The notes under the pieces were generated by a model, which saw only the letters and a program-made list of their open reading frames with translations, did no database searches and was not told where the DNA came from. Shown here piece after piece: positions 50,994-61,718 of a DNA stretch of 64,000 nucleotides (within the stretch, counting starts at the first letter, position 1; every line of letters begins with the position of its first letter). The DNA is from Candidatus Komeilibacteria bacterium (lineage in GTDB: Bacteria > Patescibacteriota > Patescibacteriia > UBA1558 > 2-01-FULL-52-15). The stretch lies in contig JAZDLR010000001.1 of NCBI GenBank assembly GCA_043801745.1, forward strand, positions 24,374-88,373, given 5' to 3'. Made by a program: the position numbers and the translations under genes.

Positions 50994-53741
50994 ATGTCTA
51001 AGCAAAAAAAACTAGTTGTCATTGATACTTACTCCCTCTTACATAGGGCCTGGCATGCCATTCCTCCACTGACTACCAAAGACGGAACCGTGGTTAACGC
51101 CGTTTTTGGCTTTACCTCAATTTTGTTGCGTCTAATCAGAGAACTAAAACCCGACTATTTATTAGCTGCCTTTGACTTGGCAGCGCCAACTTTCCGGCAT
51201 GAAGAATTCAAGGAATACAAAGCCCAGAGAGAAAAACAGCCCGATGAATTATATAACCAGGTGGTTTTGGTGGAACAGATTCTAGATGCTTTGGAAATCC
51301 CCCGCTTATCCCAACCGGGCTATGAAGCTGATGACATTATCGGCAGTATCGTAACCCATAATTGTGCCCAACACAAAGATATTAAAAACATTATCGTTAC
51401 CGGCGACAATGACAGCTTGCAGCTGGTCAATAAACAAACTGAAGTCTATACCATGAAGCGCGGCATCAATGACACCATTACCTATGATGTTGCTGCTGTC
51501 AAAGAGCGTTATGGTCTGGAACCAAAACAACTGATAGAACTGAAGGCCATCATGGGCGATACTTCAGATAATATACCCGGAGTCAAAGGCATTGGTGAAA
51601 AAGGCGCTCAAACTTTGATTCAGGAATTTGGTTCACTGGACGGCGTCTATAAACATCTCGATTCTCCCAAAATTAAAGACCGCCTCCGAGAATTATTGCG
51701 CCAGCAGAAAGAACAAGCTTGGCAAAGCAGAAAATTAGTAACTATCGTAACTGATCTTCCGGTTAAGGTTGATCTAAAACAAGCCGCGATTCATCAATTT
51801 GACCGGCAGAAAGTTTATCAGATTTTTAAACAATTAGAATTTACCAGTTTGATAGACAAAATCCCCCGGCCAGAGGCTGGTTATGCGTCAAATCCTACTG
51901 ACAGCGAAGAAATTAAATCTTCGGTTTCCAAAATTGGCACGCACCACGAAACTTATGAGCTGATCAAAGGAGAAGCGGCCATGAAAAAAATGGCCCAGAA
52001 ATTGAGCCAACAGACAATTTTTGCCCTGGATACGGAGACCACCGGCCTGGATCCGCTACAAGACAAACTCCTGGGAGCCAGTTTTTCCTGGAAAGAAGCT
52101 GAAGCCTATTTTGTCAGCCTTCGGACTGATGCTGACAGAAAATTATTCGTCAAATTATTTGGACCAATTTTGTCCGATAAAAAAATTCATAAGGTTGGGC
52201 ATAATCTCAAATTTGATTATGAAGTTCTGAAATGCGCCGGGGTGGAAGTTGGGGGTATTATTTTTGACAGTTTAATTGCTGCCTTTCTGATCAAACCCGA
52301 CCGTGGACTGAAGCTGGAAGAATTAGCTTTTAATCATTTTGGCCTGCGGATGCAACCCTTAGCGGAGATCGCTCAAGGCAAAAAAAATAATCTGGATGTT
52401 GCCGGCGTTCCGGAAGAAACCCTAAGTTGGTATGCTGCGGAAGACGCGGACTTTGCCTGGCGTCTGTACCAAACTCTGAAAAAAGAATTAACCGATCTTA
52501 ATCTGGCAAAACTTAACTCCGTGATTGAAACTCCCCTTATACCTATTCTGGGGGACATGGAATTGGCCGGTATTAGTCTGGATGTTCCGCTGCTGAAAAA
52601 ACTGGAAAAACGCTTTGATCAGCGCCTGGCGGAAATCAGCCAGAAAATTCATACCTTGGCCGGCCGCGAATTTAACATTGCCTCGCCTTTACAGCTAAAA
52701 GAAATTCTCTTTGACGTACTGGCAGTTGATACTAAAGGACTGAAAAAAACTAAAACCGGAATATCTACCGCGGCGTCAGAATTAGATAAGCTACAAGGCC
52801 GCCACCCGATTATTCCTTGGATATCTGAATACCGTGAACTGGCTAAACTGCAGTCAACTTATATTACTGCTTTGCCGCAACTGCTGTCGCCGGTTGATAA
52901 AAGAATCCATACCAGCTTTAACCAAACCGTAGCTGTTACCGGCCGCCTGTCATCAAATAATCCTAATCTACAAAACATTCCTATCCGCACGGAAATTGGC
53001 CGCGAAATCAGGCAGGCTTTTATTGCTGACAAGGGTTATCGCCTATTATCAGCCGACTATTCGCAAATTGAGTTACGTTTGGCCGCCCATATTTCCGGCG
53101 ATCCGGTGATGATTAAAAGTTTTAATAATGGCGAGGATATTCATACTGCCACCGCAGCCAAGATTAACAAAATTCCTTTGGAGCAAGTGAGCAAGGATGA
53201 ACGCCGCAAAGCTAAAGAAGTTAACTTTGGCGTTATCTATGGTTTAGGATCGTTAGGTTTGGCCCAACGGACCGGCATCAGCCGCGACGAAGCCAAAGAA
53301 TTTATTGCCAAATATTTTCAGTTATACAAAGGGGTTAAAAAATATATTGAAGAAACCAAATTAGAAGTGCGTGACGCTGGCTATGTAGAAACTTTATTTG
53401 GCCGTAGGCGATATTTACCGGAAATAAATTCCACTATGCCCCAGCTGATAGCCCAGGCCGAACGTATGGCGGTTAATATGCCCCTACAGGGCTCGGCTGC
53501 TGATATTATCAAACAAGCCATGATTCAATTGGCCGTGGAATTACCCAAAATCTCCATCAACAGCCGGCTTCTACTGCAGGTTCATGATGAATTAGTCCTG
53601 GAAGTGCCGCAAGCTGACTTGCCAAAAGTCGGAAAACTCGTTAAGAAGATTATGGAAGGCGTGACGAGGCTCAAAGTGCCGCTGATTGTTGATCTAAAAG
53701 CCGGACACAATTGGGCGGAGATGAAAGAGGTTAGCTCGTAG
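50994..53741 (+). CDS. polA: DNA polymerase I
   Basis: 5'-3' exo (YEADDIIG, GDTSDNIPGV), 3'-5' exo (DTETT), pol motifs ADYSQIELR, KEVNFGVIYG, LQVHDEL. Confidence 0.98.
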   Translation: MSKQKKLVVIDTYSLLHRAWHAIPPLTTKDGTVVNAVFGFTSILLRLIRELKPDYLLAAFDLAAPTFRHEEFKEYKAQREKQPDELYNQVVLVEQILDALEIPRLSQPGYEADDIIGSIVTHNCAQHKDIKNIIVTGDNDSLQLVNKQTEVYTMKRGINDTITYDVAAVKERYGLEPKQLIELKAIMGDTSDNIPGVKGIGEKGAQTLIQEFGSLDGVYKHLDSPKIKDRLRELLRQQKEQAWQSRKLVTIVTDLPVKVDLKQAAIHQFDRQKVYQIFKQLEFTSLIDKIPRPEAGYASNPTDSEEIKSSVSKIGTHHETYELIKGEAAMKKMAQKLSQQTIFALDTETTGLDPLQDKLLGASFSWKEAEAYFVSLRTDADRKLFVKLFGPILSDKKIHKVGHNLKFDYEVLKCAGVEVGGIIFDSLIAAFLIKPDRGLKLEELAFNHFGLRMQPLAEIAQGKKNNLDVAGVPEETLSWYAAEDADFAWRLYQTLKKELTDLNLAKLNSVIETPLIPILGDMELAGISLDVPLLKKLEKRFDQRLAEISQKIHTLAGREFNIASPLQLKEILFDVLAVDTKGLKKTKTGISTAASELDKLQGRHPIIPWISEYRELAKLQSTYITALPQLLSPVDKRIHTSFNQTVAVTGRLSSNNPNLQNIPIRTEIGREIRQAFIADKGYRLLSADYSQIELRLAAHISGDPVMIKSFNNGEDIHTATAAKINKIPLEQVSKDERRKAKEVNFGVIYGLGSLGLAQRTGISRDEAKEFIAKYFQLYKGVKKYIEETKLEVRDAGYVETLFGRRRYLPEINSTMPQLIAQAERMAVNMPLQGSAADIIKQAMIQLAVELPKISINSRLLLQVHDELVLEVPQADLPKVGKLVKKIMEGVTRLKVPLIVDLKAGHNWAEMKEVSS

Positions 53742-53769
53742 CCTGTAGTTCTTTATCTAAAGGATTAGA

Positions 53770-53988
53770 ATGAAACAAGAATTTTTAAAAAGGAGAGAAG
53801 CAGTATTATATGATTTACGACTAGCTTTTGCGGTGTCGTCGATAATTCTATTTGCGGATCTGGTTAGGGATACACTTCGCGAACAATACAGTTTCAAATA
53901 TTATTATTTAGCAGCGCCAGTAATAGCATCAATAATCTTTATCTTACTCGAACTCTGGATATCACACATGAAACATCCTCCAAAATAA
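53770..53988 (+). CDS. Small 2-TM membrane protein
   Basis: 72-aa ORF with two hydrophobic segments. Confidence 0.55.
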   Translation: MKQEFLKRREAVLYDLRLAFAVSSIILFADLVRDTLREQYSFKYYYLAAPVIASIIFILLELWISHMKHPPK

Positions 53989-54042
53989 TACCAATTATTT
54001 TAACCCCAACTCCTAACTCCTTACTTCCAACTCCTATTCAAA

Positions 54043-54990
54043 ATGATTTTCTTCCTCCACGGCCCTGACCATTACCGGGCCAAAGTAACCATTGACTCCA
54101 TCAAAGAAAAATACCGCTCGGCAGTTGATCCCAGCGGTCACTCTATCTATACTTTTGATGGCGAATCTTTAGATTGGTCGCAACTGCTTAATCTGCTTAA
54201 GGGACAGGGATTTTTTAGTCACAGAAATCTTATAATTATCCGCGACATTTTATCCCATCCCGAGTGGGAAGAATTTGAGCAACCCTTTTTAGATTGGCTA
54301 GCACTACAGAAAGACACCAAAGACGAGCACTACCTAGTCCTCTGGCAGCCACAAAGCAAATTACCGACTAAACATCCTCTGATTAAGGCTCTGCAGCGCT
54401 TCAAATACGTGACGGAATTTTCCGAGCTAGCGGGCGACGCGCTGGAACGTTGGGTAGCGGCTGAAGCCAAAAAATTTAATGTCTCTTTTACCGCCGAAGC
54501 TATCAGGCTGCTAATTGAACTGGTCGGCACTGATACCTGGGAACTGCATAATGAAATCCATAAATTATGCCACTGCGGGCATAACCCAATAACACTACCG
54601 GTGGTCCAGGAATTTATCAGTGGCAAAATCACTAATCAGATTTTTCAAGCTATTGATGCCTGCGGCCAGAGAAAAAAGGCTTCGGCCCATGACCTAATTG
54701 AAACCTTGCTGCGTAGCGGAGCCGAAGGATTATATATTCTAGCCATGATTGCCCGCCAATTCAGACTGTTAGCGCAGGTTCCCACCAATATCGGTTTAAA
54801 TAATTCTTACGCCTTAGCCTCGCATCTGGGAGTTCATCCTTTTGTGGCTAAGAAATTACTGCAACAAACGCGCAACTTCAGTCCCGATCAATTAACCGGT
54901 ATTTATCAGGCTCTGATAGCTAGCGATAACCGTCTCAAACTTTCTGCCAACGAACGCGCCACCCTAGCCCTACTGATCGAAAAGATATAA
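54043..54990 (+). CDS. holA: DNA polymerase III subunit delta
   Basis: MIFFLHGPD, LHNEIHKL, ILAMIARQFRLL, GVHPFVAKK; convergent with rpsT. Confidence 0.9.
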   Translation: MIFFLHGPDHYRAKVTIDSIKEKYRSAVDPSGHSIYTFDGESLDWSQLLNLLKGQGFFSHRNLIIIRDILSHPEWEEFEQPFLDWLALQKDTKDEHYLVLWQPQSKLPTKHPLIKALQRFKYVTEFSELAGDALERWVAAEAKKFNVSFTAEAIRLLIELVGTDTWELHNEIHKLCHCGHNPITLPVVQEFISGKITNQIFQAIDACGQRKKASAHDLIETLLRSGAEGLYILAMIARQFRLLAQVPTNIGLNNSYALASHLGVHPFVAKKLLQQTRNFSPDQLTGIYQALIASDNRLKLSANERATLALLIEKI

Positions 54991-55130
54991 ATAGTAAGGA
55001 GGGTCTACCACCCCTTTCCCCTCCTTGCCAAGGAGGGGAGGTCGACAGACCGGGGTGGTATCAAAAAATGTAGACCCTCGAGGCCAACAAAATAAAAAAC
55101 TCCCATTAGACAACAGGAGTTTTTTTAAAT

Positions 55131-55400
55131 TTATTTCTTTTTGCTGGCAGTAATTTTCTTACTCAAGCGGGCTTTCTTACGATTGGCATTATTGCCTTTC
55201 AGCACTTTAGCTTTTACCGCCTTATCAACTGCCTGCTGTAACTTGCCATAGAATTCCTGAGCTTTGGCTGTATCTCCGGCGGCCAGCGCCTTCTGAGCAT
55301 CTTTGATCAGCTCTTTGATATTACGTAAAACCAGTGAATTGCGGGCAGAATTTTTCTTAATCCGCCGTACATCTTTTATGGAAGCTTTCTTTTGTGGCAT
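55131..55400 (-). CDS. rpsT: 30S ribosomal protein S20
   Basis: MPQKKASIK..RN..DKAVKAKVLKGNNANRKKARL. Confidence 0.93.
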   Translation of the reverse strand: MPQKKASIKDVRRIKKNSARNSLVLRNIKELIKDAQKALAAGDTAKAQEFYGKLQQAVDKAVKAKVLKGNNANRKKARLSKKITASKKK

Positions 55401-55475
55401 AAATTGAATTAATTAATACAATGGGCTGACTCTAACATATTATTTTCACCCTGACAAGTCCGCCGGTATTTTTAC

Positions 55476-56231
55476 TTAGGACAGATTAGTCACGTCAATA
55501 ACTTGTTTGGGCCAATTATCCCGAGTAATATCCCTGACGCTTACTGCTTGTGATACCTGACACGGGCCAATTGCGGTCCGCCGTAAAGCCGACAAATAAG
55601 CCCCGGCTCCCAAGGCCTGCCCCAGATCATGCGCCAGCGAACGAATATAAGTACCGGTGGAACATTTAACTCTTAATTTCAAAAGAGGATAATCATACTC
55701 AAGAATATCTATAGAATGAATAGTTACCGTCGCAGGCTGGCGCTCCACCTCTTTGCCGGCACGCGCTAATTCATATAACCGTTTCCCGCCAATACTTTTG
55801 GCCGAATACATTGGAGGTACCTGTCCAACGGTTCCTGTAAACTTCAGAAGGGCTGCAGTAATATCCCTTTCTTCTTCGGCCACAGGCCGATCGCCCTCTG
55901 GGCGAAACTCCTTACTGCTTACTTCTGAAATGACTCCTTCCCCATCATACGTCGTCGAAACCTTACCCAAGGTAATCTCCGCCTCATACTCCTTAGGAAA
56001 CTGATGCCAGTAATCTAATAGCTTCGTGGCTTTATTGATGCCGATAATTAATAAACCACTGGCCGCCGGATCTAAAGTTCCGGCAAAGCCAATTTTCTTT
56101 TGTCCGGTAATCTGCCGCAGTTGCGACACGGTTTTAAAAGACGGCTCGCCCGCGGGTTTATCGATTAATAAAAATCCGCTATCGGGCGAATTTTGAATTT
56201 CGGCAATTATATTTGGAAATTTATTATTCAT
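55476..56231 (-). CDS. truB: tRNA pseudouridine(55) synthase with in-frame palindromic insertion
   Basis: IDKP, GFAGTLDP, QVPPMYSA, GKRLYELAR, CSTGTYIRSLAHDLG. Confidence 0.96.
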   Translation of the reverse strand: MNNKFPNIIAEIQNSPDSGFLLIDKPAGEPSFKTVSQLRQITGQKKIGFAGTLDPAASGLLIIGINKATKLLDYWHQFPKEYEAEITLGKVSTTYDGEGVISEVSSKEFRPEGDRPVAEEERDITAALLKFTGTVGQVPPMYSAKSIGGKRLYELARAGKEVERQPATVTIHSIDILEYDYPLLKLRVKCSTGTYIRSLAHDLGQALGAGAYLSALRRTAIGPCQVSQAVSVRDITRDNWPKQVIDVTNLS

Positions 56232-56272
56232 ATGATTCCGTACGGCCGATTCATGAATCGGCCCTAGCAGAT

Positions 56273-58243
56273 TTATTTTTTTCGACCCCGCAAAACCGCT
56301 ATCTGATCCCGCAGGCGAGCCGCTGTTTCAAATTCCAAATTAGCCGCGGCTAGTTGCATTTGCTGTTCCAGAGAATGTAATAAAAAATCCTTTTCTCCAA
56401 CTGATAAACCTTTAATTTCATCTTTAAATTCAGCTTTTACATCCAAACCCTTCAAAGAGGCGGCTTTAATTGCTTTAATAATTGTCTGCGGCGTTATGTG
56501 GTTCGCCTTGTTATATATTCTCTGCTTATCGCGGCGGCGGTTGGTTTCATCTATAGCCTGTTTCATTGATCTGGTTACTGTATCGGCATACATAATGACT
56601 TTACCTTCTACGTGGCGGGCCGCACGGCCAATGATCTGGATCATGGCTGTGGCACTACGTAAAAATCCTTCTTTATCCGCGTCTAAAATAATTACCAAAG
56701 ACACTTCCGGCAAATCTAATCCTTCGCGCAACAGATTAATGCCGACCAAAACATCATATTTACCTTGCCGCAGATCGCGTAAAATATCTATCCGGTCCAA
56801 AGTATCCACTTCCGAATGCAGATATTGCGCTTTGATATTTTTTTCCAGCAACATTTCGCTAATATCTTCGGCTAATACTTTAGTTATAGTTGTTACCAAA
56901 ACGCGCTGACCATGGCTGACCCTGGCGTTTATTTCTTTAATCACGTCCTCCACCTGACCGGTTGTTCCGCGTACTTCAATTTCCGGATCTAATAAACCGG
57001 TTGGACGCACAACTTGTTCTACTACTTGTTTAGACAAACCCAGCTCATACTGATCCGGCGTGGCTGACATATAAACCGTCTGTCCGGTCCTCTGCCGGAA
57101 CTCATCATAATTCAACGGCCGGTTATCCAAAGCGCTGGGCAAACGCCAGCCGTAATCTATCAACATTTTCTTTCGCGCCTGATCACCGTTATACATGCCG
57201 CGGATCTGCGGCAGAGTCATATGTGACTCATCAACGACCAGAAAAAAATCATCAGGAAAATAACCTAGTAGTGTCTCCGGCGGTTCTCCGGCCTGCCGGC
57301 CGGCCAAATGCCGCGAATAATTCTCAATGCCGTTGCAATAACCAACTGACCGGATCATTTCCAGATCATACTTGGTCCTTTCTTCAATGCGCTGAGCTTC
57401 AATCAGCTTATTGTGCTGCTTAAAATATTGAATCCGTTCTATTAGCTCGGTTTCAATATTGGGCAGGGCTTTCTTAATATTAACTTCCGGCGCTAAGAAA
57501 TGTTTAGCCGGAAAGATGCTTAGATCTTTCGGTGTTTCTAAAATATCATGAGTTAAATAATGAACTTTTTCAATTTTATCTAACTTGTCGCCATCAAAAC
57601 GCAGACGGTAGTAATGTTCATCTTCGGCGCTAGGAAATATTTCCATATTTTCACCCTTAACCGTGAAATTACCGCGCGTTAAAACCGTGTCATTGCGGTT
57701 ATATTGTAAAAAATTCAGTTGATTTAATAATTTATAGCGGGCATAAGTCTTGCCAATCTCTAATGTAATGCGCACCTGACTATAATCTTCCGGCGAACCT
57801 AATCCGTAAATACACGATACAGACGCGACAATTAAAACATCGCGCCGAGTGAGTAAGGCCTGCGTGGCTGCATGCCGCAAGCGGTCAATTTCTTCATTGA
57901 TCTGCGTTTCCTTGTCTATGTGCGTGTCAGACGCCGGTATATAAGCCTCGGGCTGATAATAATCATAGTAGGAAACAAAATAATGCACGGCATTATTGGG
58001 AAAGAAATCCTGAAACTCCGAAGCCAGCTGCGCGGCCAAAGTTTTATTATGTGAAATAACTAAAGTCGGTTTGTTAATTTTGGCCACAACATTGGCAATA
58101 GTAAAGGTCTTACCCGAACCAGTTACTCCCAAAAGAGTTTGATCGCGGTAGCCCTTTTTCAAACCAGTAGTCAATTGTAAAATCGCACTCGGCTGATCCC
58201 CAGTGGGTTTGAATTTGGCCTTAAGACTAAACTTATCTGCCAT
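56273..58243 (-). CDS. uvrB: Excinuclease ABC subunit B
   Basis: PTGDQP, GVTGSGKT, YYDYYQPEAY, DESH, GINLLREGLDLPEV, FETAARLRD. Confidence 0.98.
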   Translation of the reverse strand: MADKFSLKAKFKPTGDQPSAILQLTTGLKKGYRDQTLLGVTGSGKTFTIANVVAKINKPTLVISHNKTLAAQLASEFQDFFPNNAVHYFVSYYDYYQPEAYIPASDTHIDKETQINEEIDRLRHAATQALLTRRDVLIVASVSCIYGLGSPEDYSQVRITLEIGKTYARYKLLNQLNFLQYNRNDTVLTRGNFTVKGENMEIFPSAEDEHYYRLRFDGDKLDKIEKVHYLTHDILETPKDLSIFPAKHFLAPEVNIKKALPNIETELIERIQYFKQHNKLIEAQRIEERTKYDLEMIRSVGYCNGIENYSRHLAGRQAGEPPETLLGYFPDDFFLVVDESHMTLPQIRGMYNGDQARKKMLIDYGWRLPSALDNRPLNYDEFRQRTGQTVYMSATPDQYELGLSKQVVEQVVRPTGLLDPEIEVRGTTGQVEDVIKEINARVSHGQRVLVTTITKVLAEDISEMLLEKNIKAQYLHSEVDTLDRIDILRDLRQGKYDVLVGINLLREGLDLPEVSLVIILDADKEGFLRSATAMIQIIGRAARHVEGKVIMYADTVTRSMKQAIDETNRRRDKQRIYNKANHITPQTIIKAIKAASLKGLDVKAEFKDEIKGLSVGEKDFLLHSLEQQMQLAAANLEFETAARLRDQIAVLRGRKK

Positions 58244-58598
58244 TATTTAAATGCCGTTTAATAATTTCAATCACTTCTTCCGTATTTTCATAAACTTCAC
58301 CATTACTGAAACGAATTACTTTAATGCCGTATAACTCAATATACTTTTGCCGCTCATTATCCATTTCCTCTGCTCCATCTACTAAATGACTTTCGCCGTC
58401 AATCTCAATTGCCAGCTTAACCTCTGGACAATAAAAATCCACCACATACTTTCCAATTCCATGCTGTCGTCTAAATTTATATCCGTTCAACTGACTACCC
58501 TTGAGTCGTAACCACAGCATTATCTCTGCCGGCGGCAGTGAGCTCCGTAAATCTTTACGTAAAGATTTGAATCGGTGTCGATTATATAATTTTGTCAT
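58233..58598 (-). CDS. DUF559 (Vsr-like) endonuclease
   Basis: LWLRLK..GYKFRRQHGIGKYVVDFYC..LAIEIDGESH..VIRFSN. Confidence 0.92.
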   Translation of the reverse strand: MTKLYNRHRFKSLRKDLRSSLPPAEIMLWLRLKGSQLNGYKFRRQHGIGKYVVDFYCPEVKLAIEIDGESHLVDGAEEMDNERQKYIELYGIKVIRFSNGEVYENTEEVIEIIKRHLNNGR

Positions 58599-58786
58599 AA
58601 CAGGGCATACAATTTTTGACCACCCCGGCCTATTGCCCCCCCTCCTTACTAAGGGGGGGGGAGGGGTGGTATGCCCTGTTATTACTTATTGTAATCACAC
58701 TATGCCAGACTTTTAATAAAATGAGAAGCCCGCAGAGAAACACAAAATACCTTGATTTTCAGGCCAAAATATACTACAGTTAGCCT

Positions 58787-59368
58787 ATGATTAGCTTTAT
58801 AAAGGGCAATATTATCATCCGTCAGGAACGCTACCTGGTAATTGATATTGGCTCGCTGGGTTACCAAGTCTACTGTACTTCGCAGACCCTGGAAAAACTC
58901 CGTGATCAGAACGAAGTTTCCCTCTTTACTCATACACACGTGCGCGAAGACGCCATGGAATTATACGGCTTCATCACCTGGGAAGAAATGGAATTTTTTG
59001 AAAAATTAATTGAAATTTCCGGCGTTGGACCAAAAAGTGCCCTAGCGGTCATGTCCGTCGCGCCTTTGGAAGATATTAAGAAAGCCGTGGTCCATGGCGA
59101 TCCGGCTATATTACAACGCGTTACCGGCATTGGTAAGAAAACTGCCGAGCGCATTATTGTAGAACTGAAAGAAAAAATTAAATTCTCCTCACCACTGGAT
59201 TCTAATGCCATCGCCTCCTTGGGTGACAGCCAATTATTTGAAGGTCTGCAATCACTGGGCTACAAAGAACGAGAGATTCGACAAATTTTACCGCAAATTC
59301 CTATTGACGTTACCGACCTCGGTGAGCGAATCAAAGAAGCTTTAAAGCTTTTAAGCAATCAAAAGTAG
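58787..59368 (+). CDS. ruvA: Holliday junction branch migration protein RuvA
   Basis: HVREDAMELYGF, ISGVGPKSA, GIGKKTAERIIVELK. Confidence 0.97.
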   Translation: MISFIKGNIIIRQERYLVIDIGSLGYQVYCTSQTLEKLRDQNEVSLFTHTHVREDAMELYGFITWEEMEFFEKLIEISGVGPKSALAVMSVAPLEDIKKAVVHGDPAILQRVTGIGKKTAERIIVELKEKIKFSSPLDSNAIASLGDSQLFEGLQSLGYKEREIRQILPQIPIDVTDLGERIKEALKLLSNQK

Positions 59369-59369
59369 C

Positions 59370-60383
59370 ATGGAAGTTTCCCTGAACATCCGGCCTAATC
59401 AGGAATTTTTGGATCGCTTTCCCATTGGCGCTTTCCTGCAGTCACGCTTCTGGGCTGAGGTTTTGAAACAGCAGGGAATAAAAAGTTGGCAACTTAATGT
59501 TTTCCAGAATCATCAAGTTATTGGCCAGTGTCTGCTCTACAGTCACAAGCTGCCTTTTGGTAAGGCTTATTTATATTCCGGCAAAGGGCCACTCATCAGC
59601 TTGGAACATGAATCAGAATTACGCGAAGCCTTTGGTTTATTCCTAACACAGATTAGAGACATCACGATTGCCACGGCCCATCGTCAGGAAATTTTTTGCC
59701 GCCTGGAACCAAGCATGGTACCACCGCAGTTAGAAATTCCTTTTGTTCCGGCTGCTCCGGTACAACCACAACTGACCTCGCTCCTTAATTTGCGGAAGAG
59801 CGAAGAAGAAATATTTCAAAAATTTAAAGAAAAAACCCGCTACAATATCCGCTTAGCCGAACGTAAAGGCGTAACCGTACACTGGGGCACCAGTGATCAA
59901 GCTTTAAAAATATTTTTGGACCTCCTGCCCCGTACCCAATTACGGCAACGTATTAGATCACACACCAACCGACACTACCGCGCCATTGTTAATGCCGGCC
60001 GGGAACACAATACTGTTAAAATTGCCTGGGCCGAATATCAGGGGCAACCGATTGCCGCCAATCTTTATATCCTATTTGGTTCAACCGTTACCTATTTGCA
60101 CGGCGCCTTTAATTATCATTACCGTGAAGTTATGGCGCCTCATTTACTGCAGTGGCAGGGAATTAAACAGGCAGCTTATCTGGGCTACAAATATTTTGAT
60201 TTCTGGGGCCTGGCTCCTAGCGACGGTTCACAGCCCAGTTGGGACGGCTTTACCCGTTTCAAACGCGGCTTTAATGGCATAGAAATTTCTCACCCCGGTG
60301 CCTTTGATTTTATCTATAACGACAGCTGGTACACCTTTTACCAGCGCGTACGTAAGGTCCGCCGGTTATTAAGACGCACCTAA
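59370..60383 (+). CDS. FemABX-family peptidoglycan bridge aminoacyltransferase
   Basis: FLQSRFW, KTRYNIRLAERKGV, YLHGA, LLQW, FDFWG, GFTRFKRGF. Confidence 0.92.
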   Translation: MEVSLNIRPNQEFLDRFPIGAFLQSRFWAEVLKQQGIKSWQLNVFQNHQVIGQCLLYSHKLPFGKAYLYSGKGPLISLEHESELREAFGLFLTQIRDITIATAHRQEIFCRLEPSMVPPQLEIPFVPAAPVQPQLTSLLNLRKSEEEIFQKFKEKTRYNIRLAERKGVTVHWGTSDQALKIFLDLLPRTQLRQRIRSHTNRHYRAIVNAGREHNTVKIAWAEYQGQPIAANLYILFGSTVTYLHGAFNYHYREVMAPHLLQWQGIKQAAYLGYKYFDFWGLAPSDGSQPSWDGFTRFKRGFNGIEISHPGAFDFIYNDSWYTFYQRVRKVRRLLRRT

Positions 60384-60384
60384 T

Positions 60385-61704
60385 ATGTACTGGAAAACAG
60401 TTGCGCACAAAATTATTCCCGACTCGCTGACCAAAGTCTATCATTGGTTATTAGCTCAAGCAGCAGCCCGTCAGTATCATTGGCCCAGCGAGTCAATGAT
60501 CGTTATTGCCATTACCGGTACTTCAGGTAAATCCACTACCTGCGAGATCCTCTGGCAGATTCTTCAGCATCAAGGTTACAAAGTCGGATTAGCTTCCGGT
60601 ATCCGTTTTTTCGACGGTGTTACTTCTGCGTCCAATAATACCAAAATGACTATGTTGGGCCGTTTCCGCTTACAAAAATTGCTGGCCCAAATGAAAACCA
60701 ATGGTTGTCAGTATGCCATTATAGAAACTACGTCACTGGGCTTAAGCCAATACCGTCACTTAGGAATCAACATTGATGTAGCTGCCATTACTAATTTCTG
60801 GTCCGAGCATGATGAGGCACACGGTGGTTTAGAACAATACCGCGCTGCCAAGGGTCAATTATTTCACCATCTTACTACTAAGCCGCGGAAAACTATTAAT
60901 GGCAAAACAATTGATAAAATCTCCGTACTCAACGCCGATGACGATAATTATCACTACTTTGCGCAATTTACCAGTGATAAACAATTAGCCTTTAGTTTAC
61001 AATCTCACAGACCCAATACATTAACTGCCGACAAAATCAGCTATCAGGCAGACGGCTGTAATTTTGCGATTGAAAATATCCCCTTTCATCTGCCACTGCT
61101 AGGCTCATATAACGTTACCAATGCGCTAACTGCTATAACTATTGCTTCCGGCCTGGGGGTTAGTTTAAATGATTCGGCTGCTGCGCTGCGAGGAATTGCA
61201 CCGGTGCCCGGTAGATTAGAATATATTGATGAAGGTCAGGATTTTACCGTCATTGTTGATTATGCCTTCGAACCTAAGGCCATGACCAAACTTTATGAGG
61301 TAATTATACAATTACCGCACAATAAGGTCATTCACGTACTAGGCACTACCGGCGGCGGCCGTGATGCCAAACGAGGCGGTATCTTAGGTGCTATGGCCGC
61401 TGACTTTGCTGATATTGTAATCGCCACTGACGAAGACCCCTATGATGATGATCCGCTGAAACTAATCCAGCGCGTGGCTACCGGCGCGCAAAATAAAGGT
61501 AAGGAACTGGATAAAAATTTGTTTATTAAACGAAACCGGCTGGATGGCATTACTAAAGCCGTTGATCTAGCACAGCCAGGCGATATTGTCTTAATCACCG
61601 GCAAAGGTTCCGAAGGCGCTATGGCCGTGGCTAATGGTAAGAAAATAGCGTGGGATGATCGGGAGGTAGCCCGGGCGGCGATTCAGAATAAGACAAAGCG
61701 ATAA
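60385..61704 (+). CDS. murE: UDP-MurNAc-tripeptide synthetase (MurE-like)
   Basis: ITGTSGKSTT, ETTS, VPGRLE, VIVDYA, GGGRD, TDEDP, ITGKG. Confidence 0.88.
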   Translation: MYWKTVAHKIIPDSLTKVYHWLLAQAAARQYHWPSESMIVIAITGTSGKSTTCEILWQILQHQGYKVGLASGIRFFDGVTSASNNTKMTMLGRFRLQKLLAQMKTNGCQYAIIETTSLGLSQYRHLGINIDVAAITNFWSEHDEAHGGLEQYRAAKGQLFHHLTTKPRKTINGKTIDKISVLNADDDNYHYFAQFTSDKQLAFSLQSHRPNTLTADKISYQADGCNFAIENIPFHLPLLGSYNVTNALTAITIASGLGVSLNDSAAALRGIAPVPGRLEYIDEGQDFTVIVDYAFEPKAMTKLYEVIIQLPHNKVIHVLGTTGGGRDAKRGGILGAMAADFADIVIATDEDPYDDDPLKLIQRVATGAQNKGKELDKNLFIKRNRLDGITKAVDLAQPGDIVLITGKGSEGAMAVANGKKIAWDDREVARAAIQNKTKR

Positions 61705-61718
61705 AGCAATATTGATTT

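Noticed and set aside
51865-51880. CCGGCCAGAGGCTGG in the polA linker as a mini-element remnant
   Set aside because: Too short and in a naturally variable linker; cannot be separated from chance
57289-57306. GGCCGGCCGGCAGGCCGG in uvrB as a palindromic insertion
   Set aside because: Encodes HLAGRQAGEPP, which fits the normal UvrB motif with no evident extra length
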